Under the pieces are notes generated by a model. That model had not been told where the DNA came from, made no database searches, and saw nothing but the letters and a program-made list of their open reading frames with translations. A program made the position numbers and the translations under genes. DNA of 64,000 bases from Octopus vulgaris (taxonomy: Eukaryota), in the NCBI GenBank assembly GCA_951406725.2, contig OX597819.1, positions 4,464,001 to 4,528,000 of the forward strand, given 5' to 3'. Every line of letters begins with the position of its first letter. Position 1 is the stretch's first letter. Positions 29,296-42,670 of this stretch are shown in pieces.

Positions 29296-29538
29296 GAGGC
29301 TAGTTTTCGTCAGTAGGGAGCCTACTGACGAACACTAGCCTCGGTAAATATTTTTTTACTGGAATGTGTTAGAAACCATGGTCTAGTAACTAAATTAGAT
29401 GGTAAACGTTTTTAATTTTCAATCCTTTCGAGAATTTATCCATAATTAGTGGTTTGAGTTTTCTACTGCTCTTTCTAGCACAGGGCTTTCCTATTTGGAA
29501 GTCTCTTAATGTATTCTAATGTACACGATATTTTTATG

Positions 29539-29543
<5 letters not shown>
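29296..29543 (+). mobile_element. Hammerhead mini-element with 22-bp 5' fold-back
   Basis: GAGGCTAGTTTTCGTCAGTAGG-gag-CCTACTGACGAACACTAGCCTC. Ends at (TA)n. Confidence 0.75.
29322..29386 (+). ncRNA. Minimal hammerhead motif
   Basis: CTA-CTGACGA-ACAC..GTGT-TA-GAAA-CCATGG-TC-TAG, palindromic ACCATGGT stem III. Confidence 0.7.
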
Positions 29544-29580
<37 letters not shown>

Positions 29581-29708
29581 TAAAAGAATTCCAACCTTGT
29601 CTGATTTTCACGTTTTATTTACAATCTTATAATGATATATTATAAGATAATATATTATAATTGAATAAAATAAAATGAAATAGTAGAATGTTAAATATTC
29701 ATTCTGAT

Positions 29709-29753
29709 TGAACTAGTACTTTCATGCATTGAATTCTGCAATCTTCGGGTTCA
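29709..29753 (-). ncRNA. Minimal hammerhead motif (left arm)
   Basis: TGAAC-CCGAAGA-T-TGCA(GAATTCAA)TGCA-T-GAAA-GTAC-TA-GTTCA. Confidence 0.7.
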
Positions 29754-29787
29754 TGTAGTAGTGTTGACGACTGTCAACACTACTACA

Positions 29788-29831
29788 TGAACCCGAGATT
29801 GCAGAATTCAATGCATGAAAGTACTAGTTCA
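29788..29831 (+). ncRNA. Minimal hammerhead motif (right arm, one core A missing)
   Basis: TGAAC-CCGAGA-TTGCA..TGCAT-GAAA-GTAC-TA-GTTCA. Confidence 0.55.
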
Positions 29832-29997
29832 ATCAGAATGAATATTTAACATTCTACTATTTCATTTTATTTTATTCAATTATAATATATTATCTTATAA
29901 TATATCATTATATTGTAATAAAACGTGAAAAAGTTGGAATTCTTTTATTAATATATTCTTCTATACACAATCACACACACCCATATATATATATATA

Positions 29998-30031
<34 letters not shown>

Positions 30032-30337
30032 TACAGACAGCGCACAATCAAACATAAACACATACTGTTGGACCAAAAATAATAAAAAAAAGCGGACATA
30101 ACTTTTTTATTAATCAGCGAAAGTTTATTTGGATATATTCGTATCTTTCTGTGATAACTCTTTTTGTTATTCTTGTTACAGGCAATTAATGGATTCCACA
30201 AAGCATTCTGTTCTTAACGAAGGATATGTGCATGCCCTCCAGCACCAACATAAGGCTACATATTGTTTATAGACATGATACCATTGTCAAGAGCAATGTG
30301 CATATATGAATGAAGTTTAAAGAGGAAGAAAACAATA

Positions 30338-30721
30338 TCTTTATATATAAAAGAGATGTGTACTGTCTGTCTCCTACGATTTAGATTCCTAACTACTCCC
30401 ACATTTTGCGGTGCAGTTTAACCAAAACCGGGTATCTTATAGTCGTCATTCATATCGAGCCCTTCTGGGTATTACCGCGCGTCTACGATGAGTCTACGAT
30501 TTTAAAAAACATTTACCATCAATTTTCCCATTTTTAATGCATTTTTGGCATATATAAGGGAAGTAACTCTCTAAAAATTTATTATTAAATCTCAGAACGT
30601 AAAAAGCTACATTAACCTTGTGGTTAGCCATATTGAGATGGCTATTATACTTTACATATCTAAAAATGTTTATATAGTTATTTCCCTTACAAACCCGAGC
30701 AACGCCGGGCGATACTGCTAG
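30338..30721 (+). mobile_element. Non-autonomous Helitron
   Basis: A|TCTTTATATATAAAAG 5' end, subterminal hairpin CCCGAGCAACGCCGGG, CTAG|T 3' end. Confidence 0.88.
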
Positions 30722-30729
30722 TTGAAGAT

Positions 30730-32390
30730 AAATCACAAAGCTGGAAACCATCAACTGCGACCACTGACAGAAATCTCCAACGAATAGAAGAATTTATTCG
30801 CTTGAACAAATGAGTCAATATCCTTCAGTTTATGTACAACTGGACTCGCATCAAAATGCCTTACAGCAGATGTTGGAAGAATTTGCGTATCGGAAAGAAT
30901 TTGCAAGGTGAGTACCTTGACAGTTGATTCTAGATTTGAAAGACAGACGGGTACAATAGTGCACCCCGGAATGTATTTCCTGAGGATTCCAGATTTGGCT
31001 TCAAAGATGGCCAAAATGCATCACTCGTGATGGACACTATGTTGAGCAGTGCCTTTGTTTAGAGGAAGAGTTACTCTATCGAAATGTGGAACTTGAACGA
31101 CCTGTTATAACCACTTGTGCATTATTTGGGGTAGAGCCCTCATATATATTGCATTTGATTGTATGAAAAAAGACAAGAACGAAAGAAACTACTCTCCGTT
31201 GTCTTCTACGGTCAAGAAAAAGGCTTTTGACGAAGTACCAAAAGAGGCCATGTAGATGATAAGGTTTTGCTGCCGAAGCTACTCAACCTCATTACTTCAG
31301 GCAACGCAAAATGATATGTTCAGTGATATTCTTTAAAACAAATTTTGTGAATAATTGTTAATTACATGATGTATTGAATTAGGTCTGCATTATTACATTA
31401 TTACTTATATTTACCAGCAACGCTTTTTTTTTACATTCCCCCAGATACTTCAGGTGATACCATCGAATACATTTTTGATGGTGAACTATTTAGCTTAGCC
31501 ATGTTTCGGTCTCATTGACCTACCAACAATGCATTGCAGAGCGACAATACACAGATGACCATGGTGCTCTCTGTCACGCTCGTTTGGAACTCCAAAAATA
31601 ATTTCACCAGTGCATATGTTCCCTTTGGCGTCAAAATGGTTATCAAGAAGACTAAAGTCTTTATCGAATCTGCAGCAATTACTAATCTCGGTTTCAACAG
31701 CACCAACTCTGATTCATCTCTCGAGTACTGTGATCACTTTCCTTTATCTAAGAATTCTTCTTTCCTACAAATGTATATCGAAAAATGATGTGGAACACTT
31801 TGGAAAACTGACAAAACGAGTTTTTAAATCTAACCCCAAAACAGGAAAATATAAACCCCACCTCCATAAAAGAAAAACGAATATCTGACTCAAAAAACGA
31901 AACTGATGCATTCATCTGTTGTCACCTCTACAATATTATACGGTTGTGACGCATGGAGATTCTATTGTCTGGATGTCAAAAGGATGGAGCGTTTCCATCA
32001 ACATATGCTCCACGTCACCTTAAAAAAATAAGTTATACATAACTTACAGTACCTATTCTCTAAAAAGTTATCATGGTGAACAACTAGTTATTATGGCCAA
32101 ATATGTAGTAAGAATAAACGAAGACAGATTTTAACGTCATATCCTTTATAGCGAATTAACCACCAGCAAAAGATCATGAGGATGTACACTCGCCTTATTC
32201 ACTCTTCAAAGTGGTTCTGATTGAGGAAAGCAAATACGGGGCAAATGAAGGTCGGAACCGTTCCAACAATTGTTACTCTATCTCCACCAGAATTGATCTT
32301 TTTGAAATCAGATGCAACAACAACTATCACGGCCTTCGCATCTTTTGCTTCTCTATTATCAACATTATTAACATAGCGTTGATGACTGGC
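30730..32390 (+). mobile_element. Decayed RTE-BovB-like LINE
   Basis: KKAFD, AYVPFGVKMVIKKTKV, FGKLTKRVF, VVTSTILYGCDAWRFY..MERFHQH. Confidence 0.8.
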
Positions 32391-32399
32391 GCTGGTATA

Positions 32400-32403
<4 letters not shown>

Positions 32404-32430
<27 letters not shown>

Positions 32431-32457
32431 TTGAGTGACTATATGTATGCTTACATT

Positions 32458-32489
<32 letters not shown>

Positions 32490-32604
32490 TGTGTGTGTGT
32501 GTGTGTGTCTGTGTGTCTGTGTTTGAGTGACTATATGTATGCTTACATTTGTGTGTGTGTGTGTGCGTGCGTGCGTAGGTGCGTGTGTGTGTGTGTGTGC
32601 GTGC

Positions 32605-32635
<31 letters not shown>

Positions 32636-32680
32636 TGCGTGCGTGTGTGTGTCTGTGTGTGTGTGCGTGTGTGTGTGTGT
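32404..32680. repeat. (TG)n/(TGCG)n compound microsatellite with a duplicated spacer
   Basis: GTTTGAGTGACTATATGTATGCTTACATTTG occurs twice. Confidence 0.9.
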
Positions 32681-32990
32681 ACAATGATATTTGCATAAGT
32701 TTGTGTATGCATTTGTGAAAGAATGTAACTGGAATCAACTCGTCAGATGTTTTGATCTAATAAAAGAATGTTAAGCTGACATAAAATTGACGAAGTTGTC
32801 TTGGAAAGCTCAAGCTTTGTAATTGATCTGTGGAAATCCAAAGTAATGTAATCGTGCAGTTTTACTTACACCTCGGATTATTTTATGTTCACTCAACTCA
32901 AATATTGTATGTAATACGAAAGAGTAATCTTTCTAATAGAATAATGTTTTGTTTTTCGTTTCGTTTTGTATTTGTGGATGTGGTTACTTT

Positions 32991-33373
32991 GTGGAGGCGC
33001 AATGGCCCAGTGGTTAGGGCAGCGGACTCGCGGTCGGAGGATCGCGGTTTCGATTCCCAGACCGGGCATTGTGAGTGTTTATTGAGCGAAAACACCTAAA
33101 AGCTCCACGAGGCTCTGGCAGGGGATGGTGGTGGTCCCTGCTGTACTCTTTCACCACAACTTTCTCTCACTCTTTCTTCCTGTTTCTGTTGTACCTGTAT
33201 TTCAAAGGGCCAGCCTTGTCACTCTCTGTGTCACGCTGAATCTCCTCGAGAACTACGTTAAGGGTACACGTGTCTGTGGAGTGCTCTGCCACTTGCACGT
33301 TAATATCACGAGCAAGCTGTTCCGTTGATCGTATCAGCTGGGATCCTCATCGTCGCAACCGACGGAGTGCTCC
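32991..33373 (+). mobile_element. SINE family A, full length
   Basis: tRNA-like head with A/B boxes. Tail ends ACCGACGGAGTGCT. Confidence 0.9.
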
Positions 33374-36349
33374 TAAGCTATGTAGTTACTTAAATACAAG
33401 AATCTTCGTCCGATGTTTCATTGTTTCAGCTACGCCATTACATTTGTATTTAAAAATAACTTGAAATTAGTGTTTATGGTACCCAGCAGAGTTTTAGCTC
33501 ATGATTCTGTGATGCAGCTATTTCACTTCATCTTCATTGATTTCATTGGGAAAGGCATGAATCTCACAACATCTATTTTTTTTTTAAACATGAGGTGTCA
33601 CACGAATAAAAAATAAGTTGGAGCTCAACTTAATCATAGCAAATTTAGGAGACCAAATAGATATATCCGTTTGGAATAATAAACTACCGGCCGTTACAAA
33701 GTTGTAGTTCGTATCATGTGACCATTAATATGCTGTGATCCTAACACTAAAATTTCAGTCCCCAAGATGTTAAATGATATGGTCACGTCCATAGATAGCA
33801 AGCATTGGTCAGTTTTCTTCTCCATCACGCAGTATTGGTTTTAAACTACCCTATAGTAAAGTAGCATAAAGTTATTACAAGAAGTAGAAGTGTATTTACG
33901 GCTCAATAAAATATCACGGTGAGATAAGTTATAATAGATTCCCTGATTACATTCCAATTCTTTGATAGAGCTATTTCACTCAATTTAAGTCAGAAATATA
34001 TATTAGGGAGTTAGGAATATTAAAACTTCCCATTTTCCTTCGCTACGAAGTTGTAATTTCCTTACTACGTAATACAAATTTAGCAACTTCAAATTCTACA
34101 CATTGACCTTAAAAGTTGGTGTTGTCTTCGTTGACACCGATGCTACCGTTGCCTTTGTTATTGTTGTTAACTGTAGTCGGTCCAATCCAGCAGACTTATA
34201 GTCATAAACATTCATTCAAAACTAAAAATAGTGTACTCAGACCACAATATGTGAAGACGGTAGAGTGTGTTTTGAAGATCTGCCAGCTATTAGAGCGACC
34301 GCGTGTAGTCTTACTCAGTTTTTGATTCGGTTTCAAAGGTATGTGTTTACCGCGTTTGTGTGACTCAATATCCAATTAGTTGGTTGGAACAATTAACACC
34401 TCCCAACAGCAAGAACTTATTTATTAATATGCAGGCAAAAGCTACACTTTTCAATCAACGGAACTTTCTCACGATCAACTGATTCCTGAATTTTCAAAAA
34501 TGTGGTATGAATTAATCTTATCCTCTCTTTATGGATAAGCTAGGGCGATCGATAACACATATTTTATCAGCAGGAATAAACGAAAATTCGTGAAATTCAT
34601 ATATTTTCAATGGATTAACAATGTAAATAAAGTGAATTATTTAACATTTGAAATGAAGACAAGTTTGGAGAATTTAGTTTTTCACTGTAAGGCGCCATCT
34701 ATGGTATTATTATTTATTGTATTTTTTCATTACATAGGGCACGTATTGTATTGGTTTGTTTCATTATATAGAGAAATGTGACAAGTGATATTTGTTTAAT
34801 AAACAGAATCGTGTCAGATAACCTAGGATATAAAGTGTTTGTGTGGTCGTCTCCTATCGTGAAATAATTTGACACAAATACTTAAGCTTAGGTAAATATA
34901 TGTATTATGAAATTTTATCTTTACTATACTTTGCTATGAACTTAATCTTATATATGATTGTATACATATATTTACTTATTTAGGCAAATGGTCACACTTG
35001 ACTAGCAGTAGCACTGACATCCGCTTTTTACATTTGGTTTGAAGAACCTTAGATGTAATTCACTGAATAGCTCAGTTGGTGGTTTCATAGTCTGTATGTG
35101 TGTGTTCTTATGTATGTAAAAGGTTATTCAGTACATTTACTACGGTAAAATTTCCTGTATTAGCCATTCCAATGGCGCTGCAATTTTAAACGATAACCCC
35201 CTGGCCCGCGCACAGACAACTGACAAGTTTTGAAACTACATCTGCAAACATTGGACTGAATCCACTTAATCAAATACGAAACTATCTTTTGTTGGCAATA
35301 TATACCCCACAATCATATATACTTTCTCAAGAGTTCAACTTCCTTTCAACAGACTTTTGTTATCTTAATATGATATGGCGGAGAGTAAAAATATTTTTAG
35401 ACAAAACTGCCAATTAGTATAGATAACAGCGTACGAATTTTATTACGAATTGTTCAGTTAGTGATAGAATTAAAGTGTTGCATTGCAAAGCTTCAATGAA
35501 ACAGCACTGATTTATAGCGGAGTCGTTTGGACCATAACAGAAACATTAGCAGAAAGAAACATTGGACATTTCTCTGTTTACGATTTGTTCTTCGAGTCCA
35601 TTTTTCTCAAAAGAGTGATGATAATGAACGGTTAGACATTTGGATTGTATTTCATAACAGCCCATGAAGCATACAAAAAGTATCCTATTACGTTGGAAAA
35701 GAGTGGTGCTACAGAAATGAGAGATTTGCAATATTGTCACCATGTACAAGAACAAAGTGAGTAACGACTACAGAGAAATCTCTTAGATGAACATAGTGGG
35801 AACATATCGCCCGCGTGATTGATTGCAGAAAAAGGCGGCATTAGCATATATGATTAAAATTCCATATTACAGCATTCTGTTTCTTGATTTCATATCCCTA
35901 GTGACAGATTTCTCATCGTGAAGAGAAAATTCCTACCCAAAATGACCGTTCTAAAAAGTCGAATTACAGTAGAGAAAATTAATTAATCAAGTTTTATATT
36001 ATGTCTTTATAACCATACATAATTACCTAACTACTTCTGTCTACTGTGAGGATTTAATAAAATGAATAGTAGGATTAGATAAAACTAGTAATGCTCCGCG
36101 TCAATAATCAGTGAATATAAACTACAGAAAACTGGAATAAATTGTTTTACCGCGAGGAAAAAATAAACGTTTAACGCTTCGTGCAGAATCAATGAAAGCA
36201 GGTTTGTGTTTATAGCAAATGAATGTATAGAGAGCGCGTGAGTGAGAAAAGAAAAGAATTGTAAAGAATAACGAAGCGAGGGTTACCAGATGAAACATGA
36301 GTTTGTAGGGAGGACGGCTGTCAAAATAGAAATATACTGATAAAAACGC

Positions 36350-37800
36350 TAGAAAATTTGAAAGACTTTAAAGGGGGGAGTTAAGGTTAGAAGTAGCGGA
36401 GACAAAGTATAATAGTTGCAGAAGTTCGAAGTTGTTCAAGAGCTGGGGATGAACTCGGTGAATAAGATGTCTTTACTGATGCTCGCATGGGAGGAAATTC
36501 CAAGACTAAAGTTAAGGAACGGTGATGCAGCAAACGGAGAACGAGTCAAGGCATTGTCCGACAAATTAAATGCTCAACGGGTTTGAAGTACGCCAGGAGT
36601 TCTCACAGCAACAATCAACTTGACCTCCGATTTCACTCACGAATAGAGATTTGTACAGTTTACATGTAATGTATCAACTAAACTTAGCTAAGGTTAGGTT
36701 AAAGAGATAAATTACTTACAATAGGTCTTAGAGGTCAGTTATGAGTCTACTGTTGAAGGTAAAAGGAAAATAGCGGCATATAGAGCGGAAACAATTGATG
36801 ATATCGAGGTGTAAGTTGTTGGCAAGAGAGCCTTTGACAAAAATGTTGCACAATCTTTTGTCTCTTTTGAAAGAGAAGAAAAGAGTGTAAAGGATATGAG
36901 TTGTACGAGAGCAAAAGGAGAGGGAGTGAAAATTGCTGGGGATAGTCTGTTGAAATCGTAAAGCGTACGGGTAAAATGTAGAAAATTGAAACTTATCTTC
37001 ATAGTAGGAGGTCTGTCAGGGACCAGGGCTAGGTGGAGTACAGCTGCTGATTGCCAATGATTCAGAGTAACCTCATGCGTGGAAGAATTGTTCCGTTGCT
37101 TCGAATTTAGAAAGTATCCAAATCCTAGTTATACAGTGAACAGAATCGAAAAACAAAATGCGTGACATGGGCGATAGTTTAGTGTGTAAAAATGAGTAGA
37201 TAACAGGCCGAGATAGAAGTGTAAGTCAATAGTTTTATTGTATACCGATGTTAAACTGTGTTGGTTCTCCATAGTGATGAAGATGTGTAAGAAAGTGAGA
37301 AAAGTTTCAAAAAGGCCGAGTAAATTATAGAGCAGGGTAGATGTTGGCGTAAGAGATCATGATAATGAGTCCATCCCTTGGGGTGAAGCAGCACACAGAT
37401 ATATATTAATCGGTGGATTGGGAAAAGGTCTGGCCCTTTATATTCCTCAAATTGGTCAGTGCAACTGGAAACCATCTTTGCACCCAGAGTCACACCAATT
37501 ATTTAATAGCAGGAGGAACAATTCAGAGAAATGACGAGTTTGAGAAGGCAGAGAAAAGCAGTGAAGACCGGAGATTGAAGAAACGCTGAATAGCAAAGAG
37601 ATATTGATTATGGAAGGATGACGGTGCATAGGGATTTTATATCCTCGGTGAAGGGCGTACAGAAAGGGAGCAGAGAAACTTAAGGGCACCGTTAGTATTC
37701 TTTATATTGGATACTGAGATATAGCTACAGAGGAGATCGATGAGGCGAGATGCAGGCAGAGACGATAGGAAGACCAGGCTATGATCTTATGCAGCTTTGA
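36350..37800 (-). mobile_element. Possible decayed CR1/L2-like LINE (endonuclease and linker region)
   Basis: Purine-skewed, coding-like segment with weak resemblance to LINE ORF2. No intact motif. Confidence 0.35.
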
Positions 37801-39736
37801 AAAAAAACAAAATCATGGAAGTTTGAGCTGTGTTTATTAGGTTTTTAGCAGCGGAATACACAGAAGAAAAGATAACTAACTTAACAGTTCGTGATAAAAT
37901 GTTTTGGTTCTGGTGTATGTGGTCTCTGAAAAGAATATTTAGCTTATCTATAGTTATTCGAAACTATATCAGTTTTGGTTCAAATTTAATAATCAGCAGC
38001 AGCTGATTTTCCGACATTTGTATATTATTCCCTGATATGGTATTCATATTCCATTGTATTATAGTATAAATATGTTACTCATATATATTATGGTTCTCAA
38101 ATGTTATACTATTATGAATTTGATAAGAAAAAAATGAAGCCTGAAAGTGTTGATATCTTATAATATATTTGCAACTTTGTATGTGAATCTATCGTTGAGG
38201 AAGTCTGGCGCCACTTGACTGACTTCACTTTACTGATTGGATTCTATGTCAGGTGTCAAATGATGGCTCCAGGCTCTTTGCTATTACTTCTTAGATTGGT
38301 CTGTTGCCATAGGCAATATGGCCAAGTATTCTTATATGTCTTCCTCGTATATATTACTGTCTTCCCACTTATTTGTGCCATCACTATGAGCATCCGGTAT
38401 GTTTTTCAGAAAATTAACATTTACTGTATTGTATTTATGATAAAGAAAGGCAAAAAAAGAAAACAGTAAAATACGGGGACAATCTGAAGGGAGAGACATC
38501 TAAATAAATTAAACAGTTAATGTTACCCTGTTTAATCAATGCTTCATCTAGTTATAAATAAATAAAGATAGATTAATTTCTTGGAGACAAACTCTTCGCG
38601 CATGGTTATCTCATTATGCTTTTTTCTGTCGAGACAGAGAGCAATGGCGTCTGTATGTCTGTGTGTTAGTGGTTGATATGATATAAAGCTAAATACGCCG
38701 GACACGTTAATAACTCACACACTACCACTTTGCCGAAAAGCAAATAATTAAGATTTTTGTTAGTTGAACTTTGCTCTATGGCCATCTAACATTACTTAGT
38801 TTTTACCTTCTTAGATATCTAGCACATATATAATCACACAACACACCATAAACACGTTTACACACACACGCACACATACACTCGTGCGTATACATATGTG
38901 TGTGTGTGCGTATGGTTATATCCTTATATATTTAAGGCCCCATGAGGGTCTTTTAGATAACTTGGAATGAGAATTGAACCGACCAGTTTGTTTAGACAAA
39001 TAAATATGAGTTGTGTCTAGCACAAATTTGTCTGCTTTATCTCAACATCTTAGAAAGAATCGAAAGAATCCTTGTGAGTTTTTCTTTGGGTGGCGGTGCT
39101 TTTTCTTTAATAAGAAGGGTACTTTTAGCTTTGATAATCATCTAAAGCAAACCAAAAAATCCCCCGTGGGGCAATTTTTGCAATGTAACTAAATACACTT
39201 ATTTATTCAAAATCCCCGCCGTATTGATACTATGTAGATATATAGCTGAGTGTGTGCATGTGAGCGTATAGCTAGATATGTGCGGAAATTTGTGAGGACT
39301 TCTCAACACTGTCATAAGCCTCCAATTTAGAAAATTATAGCAATTCAAATAGTAACTATTCATGCTTTCTAGAGTATCATTAGTGTACGATGTACTCATT
39401 GCTACTATTTTATTTCTGGTACTATTTAATCAATATCGGGGAACTTATATTTGAACTCAAATATAGATGAAGTTTTTACGCTCAACTGTTTTTTGACAAT
39501 TTGATCTTACTGTATTTTACGACATACAAGTCGACATAGTATATTATATAAACATGAAATATAAGCATTCAAACATAGTCGCTATCTTTTCAAATCTTGT
39601 TGCATTTCACGTGGAATTTTTGGTCTTCAAAGTATCTTGGTGTATAAGTCAACCTACCTTTTATCTTGACTGTAAATTTTGGTTTGAAAAACCGGACTTG
39701 TGTACCAAAAAATACCGTATGTCATTTATAAATGGA

Positions 39737-40165
39737 AGACTGGCAGAATAGATACAACATCGGATAAAATGCTTCGTGGTATCTGTTATTGCTCTTTATC
39801 GTTTGTGTTCAAATCCTGTCGAGGTCAACTTTGCTCTTCCAGAGTCGATGAAACAAAGTACCAATTGAGTACTATGTTTGATTGAATTGAGTAATTCCTT
39901 TCCGAAAATTTCTAGTCATGTACCTATGTTGGAAACAAGTATATTTTTAGTGTGGTGGATTGGCGACGAACAAAATGTCTTACGGTACGTGTTCCGGTTA
40001 TTTATGTTCTGCGTTCAACTTTATCTTTCACCTCATGACAATTAATAATCGCTGCCGAAGTTGACTTTGTGTTTTATCTTTTCGGAGTCGATAAATCAAG
40101 TTCAGCACTTGGGTCAATATAATCGACCAGTCCTTTTCTCCAAAATTTCAGCCCATGTGCCTACA
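39737..40165 (+). mobile_element. Two old SINE family C copies
   Basis: TGGCAGAAT..AAATGCTT..GTTCAAATCC..GAGGTCAACTTTG..GTCGATGAAACAAAGTACC, followed by a similar second unit. Confidence 0.6.
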
Positions 40166-40630
40166 TCATCATCAATATTAGTTTTAGTACTACTGCTAAA
40201 AATAATAATAATTCTTTCTGTTATAGGTACAAGGTCTGAAAGTGTAATGCAGGTATATATTTATTTATGTACACTTTAGTTTAATTCCCACCAGTCTCAA
40301 AGTGGATGGCATTAAACTAAGAACACAGACGAAATTAAATACTGCAATGCATATATTTATACTAGCGCTACTTCTTTCCTTATGTAATATCGAATGATAC
40401 ATGACAGTGACAGACGAATAAACATTTAGATTGATGAGCGTAGTCAAGTTAATCGATATCAGTATTTCACTGGTATGCATTTCATCTGTTCTGGCAGCAT
40501 TTTCAGGAAGATATAAAAGAGGAAATCTAACTGCCATAAAACGTATAGTCGTTCACTTTACCGTTTCTGTCACTCCATTATGCCGTCTTATATGAAATAA
40601 TAAATAGTTATTACATTAAACGGAGTGAAT

Positions 40631-40850
40631 AGTCTTGCAGCATCGGCTAAAAATATTAAGTTTACCTTAACACACCTTTATAATTTTTTTAGCCGATGCT
40701 GCAAGACTTGGCTAATGTAAACAAACGTAAACAAATGACGGCTGTTATCTTTTCCGCGATACAAGATACGAGAATACAACAGTCGTTTGTTTATAGATGT
40801 CAAAATTTTCACAGTGTCGGTTAAAAAGTATTAAGTTTACCTTAATACAC
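40631..40850. repeat. Nested inverted and direct repeat (MITE-like)
   Basis: Perfect 23-bp inverted repeat AGTCTTGCAGCATCGGCTAAAAA at 40631 and 40686. TATTAAGTTTACCTTAA.ACAC is repeated directly near 40654 and 40829. Confidence 0.7.
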
Positions 40851-40985
40851 ATCTAGAAAATAAAGATTTCGAGCAGAGGGTAGTAGTAGTCGATTGAATT
40901 AATGAAACCAGTACTTTATTGTATGGACCTTAGAGGAATAGAAAACTAAGTTTACCTCGGTGAGGTTTAATCGAAGTGTTGCTGA

Positions 40986-41043
<58 letters not shown>

Positions 41044-41061
41044 GGTGGTAGTAGTAGTAGC

Positions 41062-41108
<47 letters not shown>

Positions 41109-41130
41109 CAGCAGCAGCAGCAGCAGTAGA
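40986..41130. repeat. (AGT)n/(GGT)n/(AGC)n triplet tract
   Basis: Direct reading. Confidence 0.95.
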
Positions 41131-41144
41131 AATAGTTGTAGCAG

Positions 41145-41540
41145 CCGCATTATTATGTCATTACGTTCTGAGTTCAAATTCCGTCGAGGTCGACTCTGCC
41201 TTTCATCCTTTCAAGATCGATAAATTAAATACCAGTGAAATACTGAGATCGATGTAATCGACTTGTCCCCTACCCCCAAATTTCAGGCCTTGTGCTTATA
41301 GTAGAAAGGATTATTATTATTATTATTATTATTGACAGAATAATTATTATTATTGACAGAACATGCTGGACGAAATGCTTAGGGGTACTTCGCCCGTTGC
41401 TACGTTCTGAGTTCAAATTCCGCCGAGGTCGACTTTGCCTTACATCCTTTCGGGGTCAATAAATTAAATACCAGTGAAATTCTGGGGTCGATGTAATTTC
41501 AGACCTTGTACCTATAACAGAAAGAATTATTATTATTATT
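41145..41540 (+). mobile_element. Two tandem SINE family C copies with (ATT)n tails
   Basis: TACGTTCTGAGTTCAAATTCCG..GAGGTCGACT..CATCCTTTC..AAATTAAATACCAGT occurs twice. Confidence 0.85.
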
Positions 41541-42262
41541 GTTATTTTGTAATGCTTCTGATCTCTTTTGCTTTTGCGAACAACATTGAAGTATTAATTG
41601 TTGCTTTGTTTGTGTTTGTCATTCTTGTTACATTTGTTGTTGCACTTTTTTCTGTTATTTTTGCTGTTCTAGTTTGTGTTGTTATTGTTGTCTATCATCT
41701 GGCATCTCTTCTATTACTCTATGTAAGACAGTTTTCGGGTTTAGCGATTTTTCTCCCTTAATTCTGATCAAAGCTAGATTATCTGATTCAACTTTGTTTT
41801 TAAATTAGGTGTTCAATGAACCCAAATAGAACAGCATAAACAAGGGAGTTTTGTGTATTTTCACTGTTTAAGAGAGGGCATCCCCTGAAGATGTTTGCTT
41901 GAGATGCAGAGTTGATCGTGTTATGTTCTTGTTTTGTTGATTTTCCTTTTGTTGTTATAGTTGCTGTTGTTGATCTGAATATTGTTATTGTTGTGATAGT
42001 ATCAGAGATACCACCTTCATACTTGTTATTATATTTCTCTGAAAATTCTTGAAATAAAACTGATTTTTTTGCTTTGGCTACCATATTTTCATGACAGACA
42101 ACAGATTTATCGTTACCACTATCACAGTCTCCCACCACTCCTCCCTATTCAAATCTTACATTTATTGACACTTTTCATAACAAAAAAATAAATTTGTCCT
42201 CTGGCTGCCGGTGACGGAGGAACGTAACCCCACTCCCCGAATTAGAGAACAATTTAGTAGAT

Positions 42263-42471
42263 GTTTACTCTTTTACTTGTTTCAGTCATTTGACTGCGGC
42301 CATGCTGGAGCACCGCCTTTAGTCGAGCAAATCGACCCCTGGACTTATTCTTTTTGTAAGCCCAGTACTTATTCTATCGGTCTCTTTTTGCCGAACCGGT
42401 AAGTGACGGGGACGTAAACACACCAGCATCGGTTGTCAAGCAATGCTAGGGGAACAAACACAGACACACAA

Positions 42472-42504
<33 letters not shown>

Positions 42505-42670
42505 CATATATACGACAGGCTTCTTTCAGTTTCCGTCTACCAAATCCACTCACAAGGCATTGGTCGGCCCGGGGCTATAGCAGAAGACACTTGCCCAAGA
42601 TGCCACGCAGTGGGACTGAACCCGGAACCATGTGGCTGGTTAGCAAGCTACTTACCACACAGCCACTCCT
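42263..42670 (-). mobile_element. SINE family B
   Basis: Reverse complement of 26281-26710. Confidence 0.9.

Larger units (their letters stand above)
29571..29955. mobile_element. Palindrome with about 190-bp arms, made of two divergent hammerhead mini-element copies
   Basis: Centre GTGTTGAC-gact-GTCAACAC at 29761-29780. Each arm carries the hammerhead motif. Confidence 0.85.

Noticed and set aside
32991-33065. tRNA-like sequences with A and B boxes
   Set aside because: SINE heads that continue into repeat bodies; no complete cloverleaf.
41800-42138. 112-aa minus-strand ORF
   Set aside because: Low complexity, no recognisable domain or clear splice context; possibly a retroelement remnant.
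42190-42250. GC-rich stretch considered as an HDV-like ribozyme
   Set aside because: Could not build the nested double pseudoknot by eye.
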